Shown one piece after another: positions 1 through 10,015 of a DNA stretch of 61,066 nt. Every line of letters starts with the position of its first letter. Within the stretch, counting starts at the first letter, position 1. Both the position numbers and the translations under genes were made by a program. The stretch is from Coniocarpon cinnabarinum (taxonomy: Eukaryota). The stretch covers positions 1 to 61,066 of the forward strand of contig JAVECO010000145.1 of assembly GCA_051942205.1 (NCBI GenBank). Reading direction: 5' to 3'. The notes beneath the pieces are model-generated. The model searched no databases. It was not told the DNA's origin and worked only from the letters and a program-made list of their open reading frames with translations.

Positions 1-648
1 CTTCCACCCCATCTCCACGGCCGCCATCCCCCAATCTTCGCCGTGATTATGTCCTTGCTCCGCATATGTCACCTCTTTGCCCTCCTCCGGCTTCCGCAAC
101 CCCGCCCTCGTCATTGCCTGTTCCTCATTCAAACACGTCAACACGCCGAAGATCACGGGCGTGCCTGTGTCCAGCTGCACGCGCATGAGGCCGTGGGACA
201 CCGCGTCTGCGATGTACTCGAAGTGCATGGTACTGCCCTTTATCAACACACCTATTGCAATCACTGCATCCAAGGGTCCTCCTATGCCACCGCCGCCTCC
301 TTCTGCTAGGGATTTCTGCCCGGACCCCTGGTTATGTGACTGTGATTGTGATGTGGAGGTCAGATCAGTGCTACTGCCCAACAGATCGGCAGCAGCTGAG
401 ACGATGTTGGTCGATGTCGTCGTCTGAGAGGCTGTGATCATCCGCTGGACGGCAAAGGGGAGTTCGTAGCTTCCGGGGATCGATTGGGTGACTATGTTGT
501 GTTCTTGGACGCCGGACGCTAAGAGGGACTTCTTTGCGCCGGAGACGAGGGAGCTGATGACGCTGCTGTTCCAGCGGCCGTGGAGGATGCCGATGCGGAG
601 CTGGGAGCCGTCGTGGGTTTGGGCGCTGCCGGGGCCTTTGGCTGTCAT
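1..648 (-). CDS. RIB4: 6,7-dimethyl-8-ribityllumazine synthase (3' end truncated by window start)
   Basis: Not in the ORF track because it is open-ended. Manual translation from ATG at 648: MTAKGPGSAQTHDGSQLRIGILHGRWN...PGSYELPFAV...DAVIAIGVLIKGSTMHFEYIADAVSHGLMRVQLDTGTPVIFGVLT...HNHGEDWGMAAVEMG, all lumazine synthase motifs. Confidence 0.95.
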   Translation of the reverse strand, partial: MTAKGPGSAQTHDGSQLRIGILHGRWNSSVISSLVSGAKKSLLASGVQEHNIVTQSIPGSYELPFAVQRMITASQTTTSTNIVSAAADLLGSSTDLTSTSQSQSHNQGSGQKSLAEGGGGGIGGPLDAVIAIGVLIKGSTMHFEYIADAVSHGLMRVQLDTGTPVIFGVLTCLNEEQAMTRAGLRKPEEGKEVTYAEQGHNHGEDWGMAAVEMGWK

Positions 649-1023
649 GGTGGGGGTTGTCGACGTGGGGTAGGTCCGGAAGATGAAGTTGGAGATGGGT
701 TGTGTGAGCGGAACACACGAAATTTAGTCACCTTGAAGCAATGGTGGTCTTGAGATTGACTTGGTGGTCGATTGAGTAGCTCGCGCTCAAGTGAGAATTA
801 ACTGTATCATTTCAAGATCTGGGACTGCAGTGCTCACCCGAGTCATTCCTGCAAGGTACCCAGCGGACCCCTCGCGGAACAAATCCGCACAGATCTCATT
901 GAATTTCACGTGCCTGAATTGACACCTGCCAGGCCATCATCTCGAACTCACTCTCATTATCCCATTCAAATCTTCCGCCATCCCACCTTTGCCCTTAGTT
1001 CCTCTTCCGTCGCCATCCTTGAA

Positions 1024-2436
1024 ATGGCCGAATTGGCTGATCCCGCTCCTGTGCGCACCAAAATCTCGCTGTCGTCTCGCGCCAAACCCTTGTCGAAGCC
1101 TGCCGCACCCTCAAATGGCACGAAACGTTCGCGCGCTCTCCTCGGTGACGACGACGAAGAAACTGAGGAGTATGCTTCTACGCATCACAAGATCACGTCG
1201 TTTGGCGCGGGCGCCTCGGATCGTGATAGGAAGGAAAAGACACCACCTCGTGTGATTGCGCCGCTTGCGAATAAAGACTGGAGAGCGGAGGGTCAGAGAA
1301 AGCGTCAGAAAAGCGCGTTACCTGGTAAAGACGCGGATGGGGATGCGCGTGTAGATGATCACGATGACCAGATCGCGAGTGGGCAAGTAAAAGCTGGATT
1401 ACAAGTTCTGCATCGCGCATCGCCGTCGCGCTCGCCCTCCGCATGGCCAGAACCCACCCCGAACCGCTCCATCGATGACCAAACGAACGGCCTCGCAAGC
1501 TCCCCCCCGCCTGATAGCAACGGAAAACCGGAAACAGACGAATCCCGCGCCCTCGCCGCATTAACAAACACCCAATCTCACCAAAGCCAGATCATATCCC
1601 CCCGAACCGAAGACCAAGCCTTCGCCCGCGACTACGCTGACGCCCCGCCCTCTCCCACACTCGCCCAATACGACTCCACGCCCGTTGACGGCTTCGGCGC
1701 CGCTCTACTACGCGGGTATCTGAAACCAGGCCAGTCGTTAGAATCCTGGAAGACCGCGCAGGAGGATGCGATGAATGCTTCCCGAAAGGGGAAGAATGCA
1801 GGGATTGAACGACGGAGGGAGGGACGACGACCTGATCTGTTGGGCATGGGAGCTAAAGAAATTGACATAGGAGAGCAAGGGAAGGGGAAGGCGAATGGAG
1901 TGCCGAAGGGGAATCAGAAAAGGGGTGTGAAGAGGGAGCAGGAATCCTACGCGCCTGTTTTGAGACGGAATCGAATTACGGGGGAGATCGTGAGTGAAGC
2001 TGAGTTACAAGAGCGGATACAAAGCGGGGGCCCGAAAATGGAACTGTTGCTTGAGGGTCCTGGTCCCGACGACCGCAGAGGCCGCGATGATTTCGAGGAG
2101 AAGGACAGAAAGGATTCAAGGAGGAGATATGATGACGAGGAGAAGAGAGATCGGAATGGCAGGGAGAGTGAGAGGAAGGATCGCGGAGACGGCAGGGATA
2201 GAGAAGCAAGAGATAGGGAACGAGATCGGACGCGGGAGAAGGATCGAAAGTTTAGGGAAAGGTTTGATTCTGATGATGAGAGATACCGGCGGAAAAAACA
2301 TCAATATGAGCGTGATCGGCATTCGAAACGGTATCGTGACGGATCGAGGGAAAGGCAGGAAAGGCGTCGAGACCGATCGAGAGAGGAATATGATCGAAGG
2401 AATAGATCCAGAGATAGACATGCACGGCGGAGATGA
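1024..2436 (+). CDS. SPP2: Spp2-like G-patch pre-mRNA splicing factor with R/D/E-rich tail
   Basis: PTLAQYDSTPVDGFGAALLRG...RRPDLLGMGA resembles the Spp2/MOS2 G-patch; C-terminus is RD/RE-rich. First in-frame ATG is at 1024. Confidence 0.8.
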   Translation: MAELADPAPVRTKISLSSRAKPLSKPAAPSNGTKRSRALLGDDDEETEEYASTHHKITSFGAGASDRDRKEKTPPRVIAPLANKDWRAEGQRKRQKSALPGKDADGDARVDDHDDQIASGQVKAGLQVLHRASPSRSPSAWPEPTPNRSIDDQTNGLASSPPPDSNGKPETDESRALAALTNTQSHQSQIISPRTEDQAFARDYADAPPSPTLAQYDSTPVDGFGAALLRGYLKPGQSLESWKTAQEDAMNASRKGKNAGIERRREGRRPDLLGMGAKEIDIGEQGKGKANGVPKGNQKRGVKREQESYAPVLRRNRITGEIVSEAELQERIQSGGPKMELLLEGPGPDDRRGRDDFEEKDRKDSRRRYDDEEKRDRNGRESERKDRGDGRDREARDRERDRTREKDRKFRERFDSDDERYRRKKHQYERDRHSKRYRDGSRERQERRRDRSREEYDRRNRSRDRHARRR

Positions 2437-2963
2437 CAGATGATGGAATTGTAGCTCGCTACGTTTCCCGCGGCATTCCTATGAGTTGAGCTCACGCGTT
2501 GGGTCTTGAGCAGCCAGCAAGTGCAGCATGTGAGTGGTGTGGGTTGATATTGATCATCGCGTCTTCGCATCCTTCTTCGCACCGCGAACGTGATAGCGCT
2601 GCTTCTGAAACCGACTGACGATAGCACACGGGAAACGAGAGCATTGCTTGGAGAGGTTCTACAAGATGTAAGTTTAGCGACGACAGACAGCTCCGGATAG
2701 TCTTAAGTTGGCTTACGAAGCCTTGAAGTGCAAATACAAAGACAAGAAAGCTCACGATTAAGATCACATCATGTCATTACATTCACATTCACATTCAGAT
2801 TGGTATTGATATCGATATTCTATGGCCGTCTCCAACATGTCCACCCAACTCCGCAACGCCTCCAACGCCAGCTTCTGGACATGCCAATCCCAAACACTAC
2901 CATGCCGTCATGACCCATCGTCTCCATCGTTTCCATCCTTATTACCACTTCCCACGTTGACTT

Positions 2964-3545
2964 CTAAATCCCCTCCACAGCCTGATGCGCCGCCTCCATC
3001 AGCGCATCAGCAGCCCTCTTAGCCTTGATACAAGGCTGCCCCGGATCACTGCACCAATGATGCCAATGCGCCTCCGCCTCAGGCGATCTCTTCTTCAAAA
3101 ACTCATCATCACCAGCAGTGCCTCCATTATCATTCAGCGCACTCGCAATCGCCTCCGCTGCCCGCTTGACCTTGATACAAGGCTGGCCGGGGTCACTGCA
3201 CCAATGGTGCCAATGCGCCTCTGCTTCCGGTTCGGCCTCGGCGTGGGCTTTGGCAACGGCGGCGGCGAGGGCCTCGGCGCTGCGCTTGGCGAGGGTACAG
3301 GCGCCGTTGGGAGAGTTGCAGTGCTGGGCTGCGAGGGACTCGCTCGGGGTGGATGGGGAAGGCACGGGTTCCGCGAGGATGGCGGCCGCGTTGCGAGCGG
3401 CTAGGGCCAGGCGTTGGCAGTGTGGTTTGTCTGGCGTGCAGGTTGTTGGTTGGGTTGAGGAGGCGGGAAGTGGTGCAGAGGGGGCGGAGGGGATGGCGAG
3501 GGAGAGGACCGGGGTAAGGAGGAGGAGGAGCGTGGTTGGATGCAT
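2964..3545 (-). CDS. ppgA: Alpha-factor-like mating pheromone precursor (PpgA/Ppg1/CCG-4 type)
   Basis: Signal peptide MHPTTLLLLLTPVLSLA, KR Kex2 sites and X-A/X-P Ste13 dipeptide runs. Two identical HWHHWCSDPGQPC units (3177-3215, 3030-3068) match the WCxxxGQxC core of Pezizomycotina alpha-type pheromones. Confidence 0.93.
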   Translation of the reverse strand: MHPTTLLLLLTPVLSLAIPSAPSAPLPASSTQPTTCTPDKPHCQRLALAARNAAAILAEPVPSPSTPSESLAAQHCNSPNGACTLAKRSAEALAAAVAKAHAEAEPEAEAHWHHWCSDPGQPCIKVKRAAEAIASALNDNGGTAGDDEFLKKRSPEAEAHWHHWCSDPGQPCIKAKRAADALMEAAHQAVEGI

Positions 3546-4009
3546 TAGTGATGCTCTGGCAATGCTCGTTGTCGTGGGGCTTGATTTCGCGAAGAGATAT
3601 CCGGTCGGTGATTGATCTTTGTCAGAACCGAGGCCACTGACGAGACGTTGAGTTGTTTTGATCAATAGGTAGAGAGGTAGTGTGAAGACAGCTGGTGCTG
3701 GGATAGTTGAGATTGTTGATGGGCTCGCAGTCGATGCTGATCTTTGGCGCTCAGGCCGTTGTCGTAGGACTTTGTGATGGGGTGTACGCCGGGCCGGCCG
3801 GGTCGAGCGTGCAAGGAAGTTTTGGTTGTGAAAGGTCGCAACCGGTATTTGTGATGTTTGAGTAACAACGAAAGCTTGTGCTGTAAGTGATTTTCAACCG
3901 CAATGAAAGCTTGTCCTTGAGTTCTTCAGTGATGAAATGTTGAAAGGAAAGAAAGAGAGAGAGAGAGGAACGAAAGCAGATGTGGTTTTGCTGCCTTCGC
4001 CGAAAGGGG

Positions 4010-4176
4010 TGCTGAATAGATGGATTGCGGAGAGAATGGAATGAGGGGAAACCACGGTGAGTGTCATACTATTGGCAGAGATGAGTTGCCTATTGAGTAC
4101 TCAATGGGGTGTTGAAAAGGTGGTGTGGATGTTTCGCCGGAAAGGGGGTTCAATAGACGGAGTGGGATGTCAATAG
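4010..4176. promoter_or_regulatory. Cluster of CTATTGAG-like boxes upstream of the pheromone gene (putative MAT1-1-1 alpha-box sites)
   Basis: CTATTGAG at 4090-4097 overlaps the palindrome ATTGAGTACTCAAT (4092-4105). Reverse-strand variants are TTCAATAG 4149-4156, GTCAATAG 4169-4176 and CTGAATAG 4012-4019. CTATTGAG is the motif reported for Penicillium MAT1-1-1. Confidence 0.6.
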
Positions 4177-4661
4177 GAGTGCCAGTCTAGGGGGTGCTGC
4201 GCCTTAGGCATATTACCAATTTTTACAGACAACGTGCAAAGATTTTACCATAGCATGTCAATATGCTCGAGACCTTCCTTTAGATCCTAGAACGTCTGTG
4301 TGAATGCATCGAGCAGCTGGCGAGGAGTAATGTCGAGGGTATGCATCCCAGAACGGGGCTGAATAGCTAGACACTTTGCAAAGCTCAGAGTTTACTTGGT
4401 GTTTTGACATCTTGAGACGAGGGTCATGCCAGAATACGAGGCTGATCATTACTACCACCACCGTCGTCACTGCTCTCTGACTGACTCCTGAGCCTTTACG
4501 AAGAAGTGCGGTTGAGAATGAAGAGATGGCGGGACCCAACCTCAAAATTGAGGCAGCCTCAAAGATTTGACATGTGACATCTCAATACTAGCGTAGCAAC
4601 CTCAAAGCTCCCCTAGCAGACGCGCAGAGCCTTCCCTTCCATTCTCAGCATACCAGCAGCC

Positions 4662-5998
4662 ATGTTCTCTCGGCGAGCGCCTCGTGCGCTATCTTCTGCG
4701 TGAGTACCAATGAAGATCATCTAACCAGCTCCAAACTGACCATCAAGCAGTCTGCGGAGCAGCCAAGTAGCCGCACGATGCACTTCCGCTCAGCCGTTCG
4801 CCGCACGATGTACGATAAGCCATTGAAGCGCGTAACGATATTGTAAGAAGCTGATAGTGCTGTATAGCAATGGCTACCGTCACAAATGACATCTTCCAGC
4901 CCTCCAAGTTTGGCGGCAAATACACCGTCACCCTCATTCCAGGTACGACCACCCCTCCATCTCCAGCCTTGATAACGCCCACACACGCCATTGACACAAG
5001 TCTAAGGTGACGGCATCGGCGCCGAAGTCTCCGAATCCGTCCGCACCCTCTTCAAAGCCGACAACGTCCCCATCGAATGGGAACAAGTCGACGTCTCGGG
5101 CATGGAAACTGGCGACAAGCACCAAGAGGAGCTCCTCCGCGAATCCATCGCCTCCCTCAAACGCAACAAGATCGGCCTGAAAGGCATCCTGCACACGCCC
5201 GTCAGCCGCGCGGGCCACATCTCCTTTAACGTCGCCATGCGCCAGGAACTCGACATCTACGCGAGCATCGTCCTCATCAAGAACATCCCCGGCTACGACA
5301 CGCGCCACGCCGACGTGGATCTGTGCATCATCCGCGAGAATACGGAGGGCGAGTACTCGGGCCTCGAACACCAGAGTGTGGGCGGCGTGGTGGAGTCGCT
5401 GAAGATCATCACGCGCGCGAAGAGCGAGCGCATTGCCAAGTTTGCGTTTTCGTTTGCGCTGGCCAATAACCGGAAGAAGGTGACGTGTGTGCATAAGGCG
5501 AATATCATGAAGTTGGCGGATGGGCTGTTCCGGAATACGTTCAACGCGGTGGCGGCGGACTTTCCGTCGCTGGAGACGAGCGATATGATTGTCGATAACG
5601 CGAGTATGCAGTGTGTTTCCAAGCCGCAGCAGTTTGATGTGCTGGTGATGCCGAATCTGTACGGGGGCATTCTGTCAAATATCGGCGCGGGCCTCGTTGG
5701 TGGTCCGGGTATCGTGCCTGGCTGCAACATGGGCCGCGATGTCGCCGTGTTTGAGCCAGGGTGTCGACACGTTGGTCTCGACATCAAGGGCAAGGACCAG
5801 GCGAATCCCACGGCGTTGATTCTAAGTGGAAGCATGTTGTTGAGACATTTGGGGCTGGACGAGCATGCGAACAGGATCAGTCGCGCGGTGTACGATGTCA
5901 TTGCGGATCCGAAGAAGCGGACGAGGGACATGGGTGGAGACAAGACGACGCATGAGTTTACGAGAGCCGTGTTGGGGCAGATGGAGGTGAACGGGTAG
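4662..5998 (+). CDS. IDH1: Mitochondrial NAD-dependent isocitrate dehydrogenase subunit 1 (3 introns)
   Basis: Arg/Ser-rich presequence MFSRRAPRALSS; KFGGKYTVTLIPGDGIG, IIRENTEGEYSGLEH, VHKANIMKLADGLF, PNLYGGILSN, FEPGCRHVGLDIKGKDQANPTA. GT-AG introns lie at ~4700-4750, ~4811-4868 and ~4943-5006. Confidence 0.95.
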
Positions 5999-6195
5999 AA
6001 GATGATTATTTGATGTTAGGAACCATTCGGATGGCGATGACGGTGGAAGGGCGGACTGTGTACGTTGCGTGCTTGCATTTGCGTGTATATACTGCTCTGA
6101 ATTGCATGGCGTCTTTACCTGAACTCAAGCTACGAACTCTTGTTGGAAAGGCTCTTTTGTGTTTGCAGATAACCATATCGACAGTACAGCACGGT

Positions 6196-9100
6196 CTAGT
6201 GAATATTCTCCTTCACCCACTGCCACATCTTCAAAAAATATTCTTCATCCACTGGTCGCACACTTCTCAATGACGGAGCCGAAGCTATCGCCTCACTGAC
6301 ATCAAATTTGACAACCCCTCCTTGACCATCCTCACCCGACGCACCGTCCTTCCCATACCTCTCCCGCCACATTCCCAGAAGCCTCAAAGCCGGTTGGTTT
6401 CCCCCGTCCTGTTCCAGCTGCTCCAATCGCGCGATCCAGTCCACCGGTCTGATAGCTTCAAACTCCTCACCGAATTTCTGAAGCCACGCGAGCAAGTCCT
6501 TCCACGTCGCCGTTCGATCCGGGTTCAATATATGTCGCACTGAGGCCTCCTTTCCATTCTCCTTGTTTCCATCTGTTCCCAAGCTGCTCGATGCGGCGGC
6601 ACACTCGATGATACCTTGCGCTGCAACGTCCACCGCGAGCCAGTCGAGGCTCTGACCTTTGAGATCGGGCAGACAACCTGTTGCGATCATGCTGCCCAGC
6701 ATCAGCGGCCAGGCTTCAGAGGTGTTCCAGATTCCATGCACCGAATCACCGCTGAGTTGGCCAATACGCAGGATTTGGACGTCCATGCTTGGATGGCATT
6801 GCTTAGCGCGGGCAAGAATGGATTCAGTGACCCATTTGCTGCGGCTGTAGCCGAGTGGACTTGCGTCGAGTGGTTCCGTGGACGGCCTTTCGTACACTGT
6901 TGTGGGCTGCAGTGACGTAGTGGCAGTCGAAGGTCTGGCGCTGGACACAGACGCGATGGAGGAGCAAAAGATGAAGCTGGGCGGTGTGTGCCTCTGTGAC
7001 GAGAGTGCTAGATCGACAAGATGCCGCGTCCCGGCTATGTGATCTTTCTCGAATGAAGGCAGCCGCCAACGAAAGTTGACAGACCATGCTGCGTGAATTA
7101 CAATCGTGACTTCTTGCTGGAGCTGCTGGTATTGCTCTTGAGATAGACCTAGATCTGATTTGCTCAGTTTGCAAGGTAGCACAGAGACCATCTCGTCAGA
7201 GTCGTAGAGCGGCGTTAATTCACGAGATGTCAGAGACTTCTGCACGCGCTGAGTGGCGGAATGGGCATCCGCACCGCGCACCAGGCAGTAAATTTTCTGC
7301 GTTGTAGGTTTGCTGCGGTATTGCGAGAGAATGTGAGCGCCCAGTGCGCCGGTGGCACCCGTAAGGAGTATGGTATGCTTAACGTTGTCCGGGTTGTGAT
7401 CATCGGGGGAAGATGGTGTAAGTGATCGATCGAAGCGCCCATGTTTATCGACGAGTTGGTGCATCAGTGATACCTCGTCATCAATGCCGGCCTCCGAAGA
7501 CAAAGGTTCATCGTGTCGAGAACGAAGTATGAAATCAGAAAGCTTTGATATAGTTGCGCAATCTTCAACAATCGACACAGGAAGTTCACCGCGCTCAGGA
7601 GGCAGAAGCCTTCTCAGTGCATGCCTTATTTGAATGGATCCAAGGGAATCGACGCCATGAGCAAACAGGTCCTCTGAAGGTTCTATTCCAGGGCTGCCAG
7701 CAACCGCTTGCACGATCTTGCTAATTGCGTCCGGCATCTCAGCGTCTGGGACAGCATCGTTGGCAGGTGAACTCAGACGACGATACGCCGTAGAAATGGT
7801 AGCAGCATATGTTTCAAGAGCTTTGTTTCGAAGGACCGTGCCCTTGCTGCTTTTTTGGAGCTTGTTTTCGTCATGTCTTATAGGCACGAGCATGTTTATA
7901 GGCACCTGAGCATGCCTCTGGCTTTTTGTATTGAGCATTTCCACCATTGGGGCAATGGCACCAACGAGGTCGGTGTCTGAGTAGTTCTCTGACACAAGGG
8001 ATCGAAACAGCAGAGCTCCAGGAAATGGCTGATCATTGCCAAAAATCAGCACATCATCAAGCAACGAAGAGGAAGCCAACGAGTCCTCCAAAGGAGCTGG
8101 GTCAAACTTCTTGCCAGTAATGAGTGTCAGCTGAGAGTCTGCTCGGGAGTCATACCTCCAGGCGTTCGGGATCGAGGGATGAGCAGCCATGAGATCAGAT
8201 GTGGCGTATGAGCCGTCTTTGCGATTAGTCTTCGCTATATGTGGCCACCCTGGCTTTACTACAACCTCAACTTTGCCGTCGTCTTGGCGCTCAAACGCCA
8301 GGTTCTCGACGCCAGTGTCAGCTCGCAAAAATTGCCACGCCTTATCCATGTTGTAATCTCTGTGTGAAGAGAGCAAGAATCCGCATTCTGCACTGCCATA
8401 GCGGGAGACTAGATTGACGTCTTGCTCAACAAGGAGATCGCCAACCTCGGCAGGTAGAGCAGCGCCACCCACGCCCACACAGTCCATACGCTGGAGTCTT
8501 CGTAGACCCTTGACATCAGACGCCATCATCTGCAGAATGTAAGGCACAGACGTGAAATAATTAACAGGTGGCGCTTGGGCATGCTCGATCTCGATCGTCT
8601 CGAAGCCAGATAGTATATTCGAGGCCGTGATTGGAATAGATTTGTTTTTGGCTCCGATTGATTTTCCTGGAAACAACCAAATAAGAGCACGACTGCTCCA
8701 GGCCCGGAACAAGTCAGAAATGCCACCGTGATACAGAGGCGTGGTCGAATAGGTAGCAGCCATGTAGCCATCTTTGAATGCTGGCAGGACTTCTATGGCT
8801 CCATGATGGGTCTGTGGGATGGGCCTAGGCAGACCAGACGACGTTCCGGACGTGTGGAATAGGTAAGCGATGTCGCTGGGGCTGTGGGAAGGGACGACTG
8901 CAGAGAGGAATTCATCGGACTGCAAAGCATGCTTGAAGATTTCATCGCTGACCGAGAAAGGAATGCTTAGTGACTCCAGTGCTTTATATCCGCTCGAGAG
9001 ACCGACTTCGAGCGTGCCAGATGACAGATCTTTGTACAGCTCATCGTAGATCAACACCGTTGCTTGGGAAGCCTTGCAGAGATGCAAGATAGCTTCCGGT

Positions 9101-9474
9101 TGATTCTGCGGTGCAACCAGTAGTACAGCATGACCTAAACGTATCAAAGCCAGCCAAGTAAACAGAAACTCGGGTGAGCTACTGCTTAACAATGTCACGG
9201 TCGAACCCTTTGTCAGTGCATTAGCGACCCGACTGTCACGCAACCTCTGTGCTACATGCTGTGAACCTTTCAAGACGTCAGAGAACGTATACAGTACCGA
9301 CCGCTTGTCTGTCGCTGTTGCGTCGGCATCCGGATACGCGAAACCGATTGCAGGTGAATGGGGGTGGTGCTGGCCAAGCCATTCTACCAGATCGGTGACT
9401 GTCTTCCATCCTCCGCGCGGGGTAGTGGACAATGCAGCCTGGCCTAGTGTGCAAGTGAAGTAATTGAGAGCCAT
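6196..9474 (-). CDS. NRPS-like carboxylic acid reductase (A-T-R), mycosporine-cluster type
   Basis: A domain: YLFHTSGTSSGLPRPI, SRYGSAECG. Carrier motif: LFAHGVDSL. Terminal SDR reductase: ILLTGATGALGAH, YSRSK. Starts MALNYFTCTLGQA and lies next to the DDG synthase. Confidence 0.92.
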   Translation of the reverse strand: MALNYFTCTLGQAALSTTPRGGWKTVTDLVEWLGQHHPHSPAIGFAYPDADATATDKRSVLYTFSDVLKGSQHVAQRLRDSRVANALTKGSTVTLLSSSSPEFLFTWLALIRLGHAVLLVAPQNQPEAILHLCKASQATVLIYDELYKDLSSGTLEVGLSSGYKALESLSIPFSVSDEIFKHALQSDEFLSAVVPSHSPSDIAYLFHTSGTSSGLPRPIPQTHHGAIEVLPAFKDGYMAATYSTTPLYHGGISDLFRAWSSRALIWLFPGKSIGAKNKSIPITASNILSGFETIEIEHAQAPPVNYFTSVPYILQMMASDVKGLRRLQRMDCVGVGGAALPAEVGDLLVEQDVNLVSRYGSAECGFLLSSHRDYNMDKAWQFLRADTGVENLAFERQDDGKVEVVVKPGWPHIAKTNRKDGSYATSDLMAAHPSIPNAWRYDSRADSQLTLITGKKFDPAPLEDSLASSSLLDDVLIFGNDQPFPGALLFRSLVSENYSDTDLVGAIAPMVEMLNTKSQRHAQVPINMLVPIRHDENKLQKSSKGTVLRNKALETYAATISTAYRRLSSPANDAVPDAEMPDAISKIVQAVAGSPGIEPSEDLFAHGVDSLGSIQIRHALRRLLPPERGELPVSIVEDCATISKLSDFILRSRHDEPLSSEAGIDDEVSLMHQLVDKHGRFDRSLTPSSPDDHNPDNVKHTILLTGATGALGAHILSQYRSKPTTQKIYCLVRGADAHSATQRVQKSLTSRELTPLYDSDEMVSVLPCKLSKSDLGLSQEQYQQLQQEVTIVIHAAWSVNFRWRLPSFEKDHIAGTRHLVDLALSSQRHTPPSFIFCSSIASVSSARPSTATTSLQPTTVYERPSTEPLDASPLGYSRSKWVTESILARAKQCHPSMDVQILRIGQLSGDSVHGIWNTSEAWPLMLGSMIATGCLPDLKGQSLDWLAVDVAAQGIIECAAASSSLGTDGNKENGKEASVRHILNPDRTATWKDLLAWLQKFGEEFEAIRPVDWIARLEQLEQDGGNQPALRLLGMWRERYGKDGASGEDGQGGVVKFDVSEAIASAPSLRSVRPVDEEYFLKMWQWVKENIH

Positions 9475-10015
9475 ATTACCGGTGGGCCTCCCTAGGGGCT
9501 GCGTGAAACGAGCTCTTCTGGGAACAACGTTCGATTCGTGCTCGGAACACAGTATTGCACTAGCACGCACAAAGAATTGTCACTTGCCAGTTCAGCTCTC
9601 AGGGATGCTCAGTAATGCGATAGCAACAGCCAGCACAGAGCTAGGGCGGATGATCGTAACAGAGCATGAAGACGAGTTTTGCGAAGACAGCTGAAATCCA
9701 TGTTTCTGTCATTGCAGAGATTTTGACAACGATGATGTCAGGATTCTCGATCTGTTGTGTACAACACAGTATCAAAAGAGTTTCGGAGATGGCACGATTG
9801 ATCAATGTGGGATTTCACGCAAACGTTTGGAAAGAAGTTTTGATAATAGATGGCCCCTGACTCAACAAGTCACGTGGTTTTTGTATCATTCTATGTACGA
9901 GAGCTTAGGTAGTCTCTTGAACCCATAACAGTAACGAGTGGACGCTGTCAAACTCATGATAGAGCAATGACAGCCATACAGAGGAAGCATGCGTCCTATC
10001 GCATCAATGGGCATG

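Noticed and set aside
3943..3968. GA-rich microsatellite and other short simple repeats (e.g. GCATGG x3 near 45650)
   Set aside because: Ordinary low-complexity promoter sequence.
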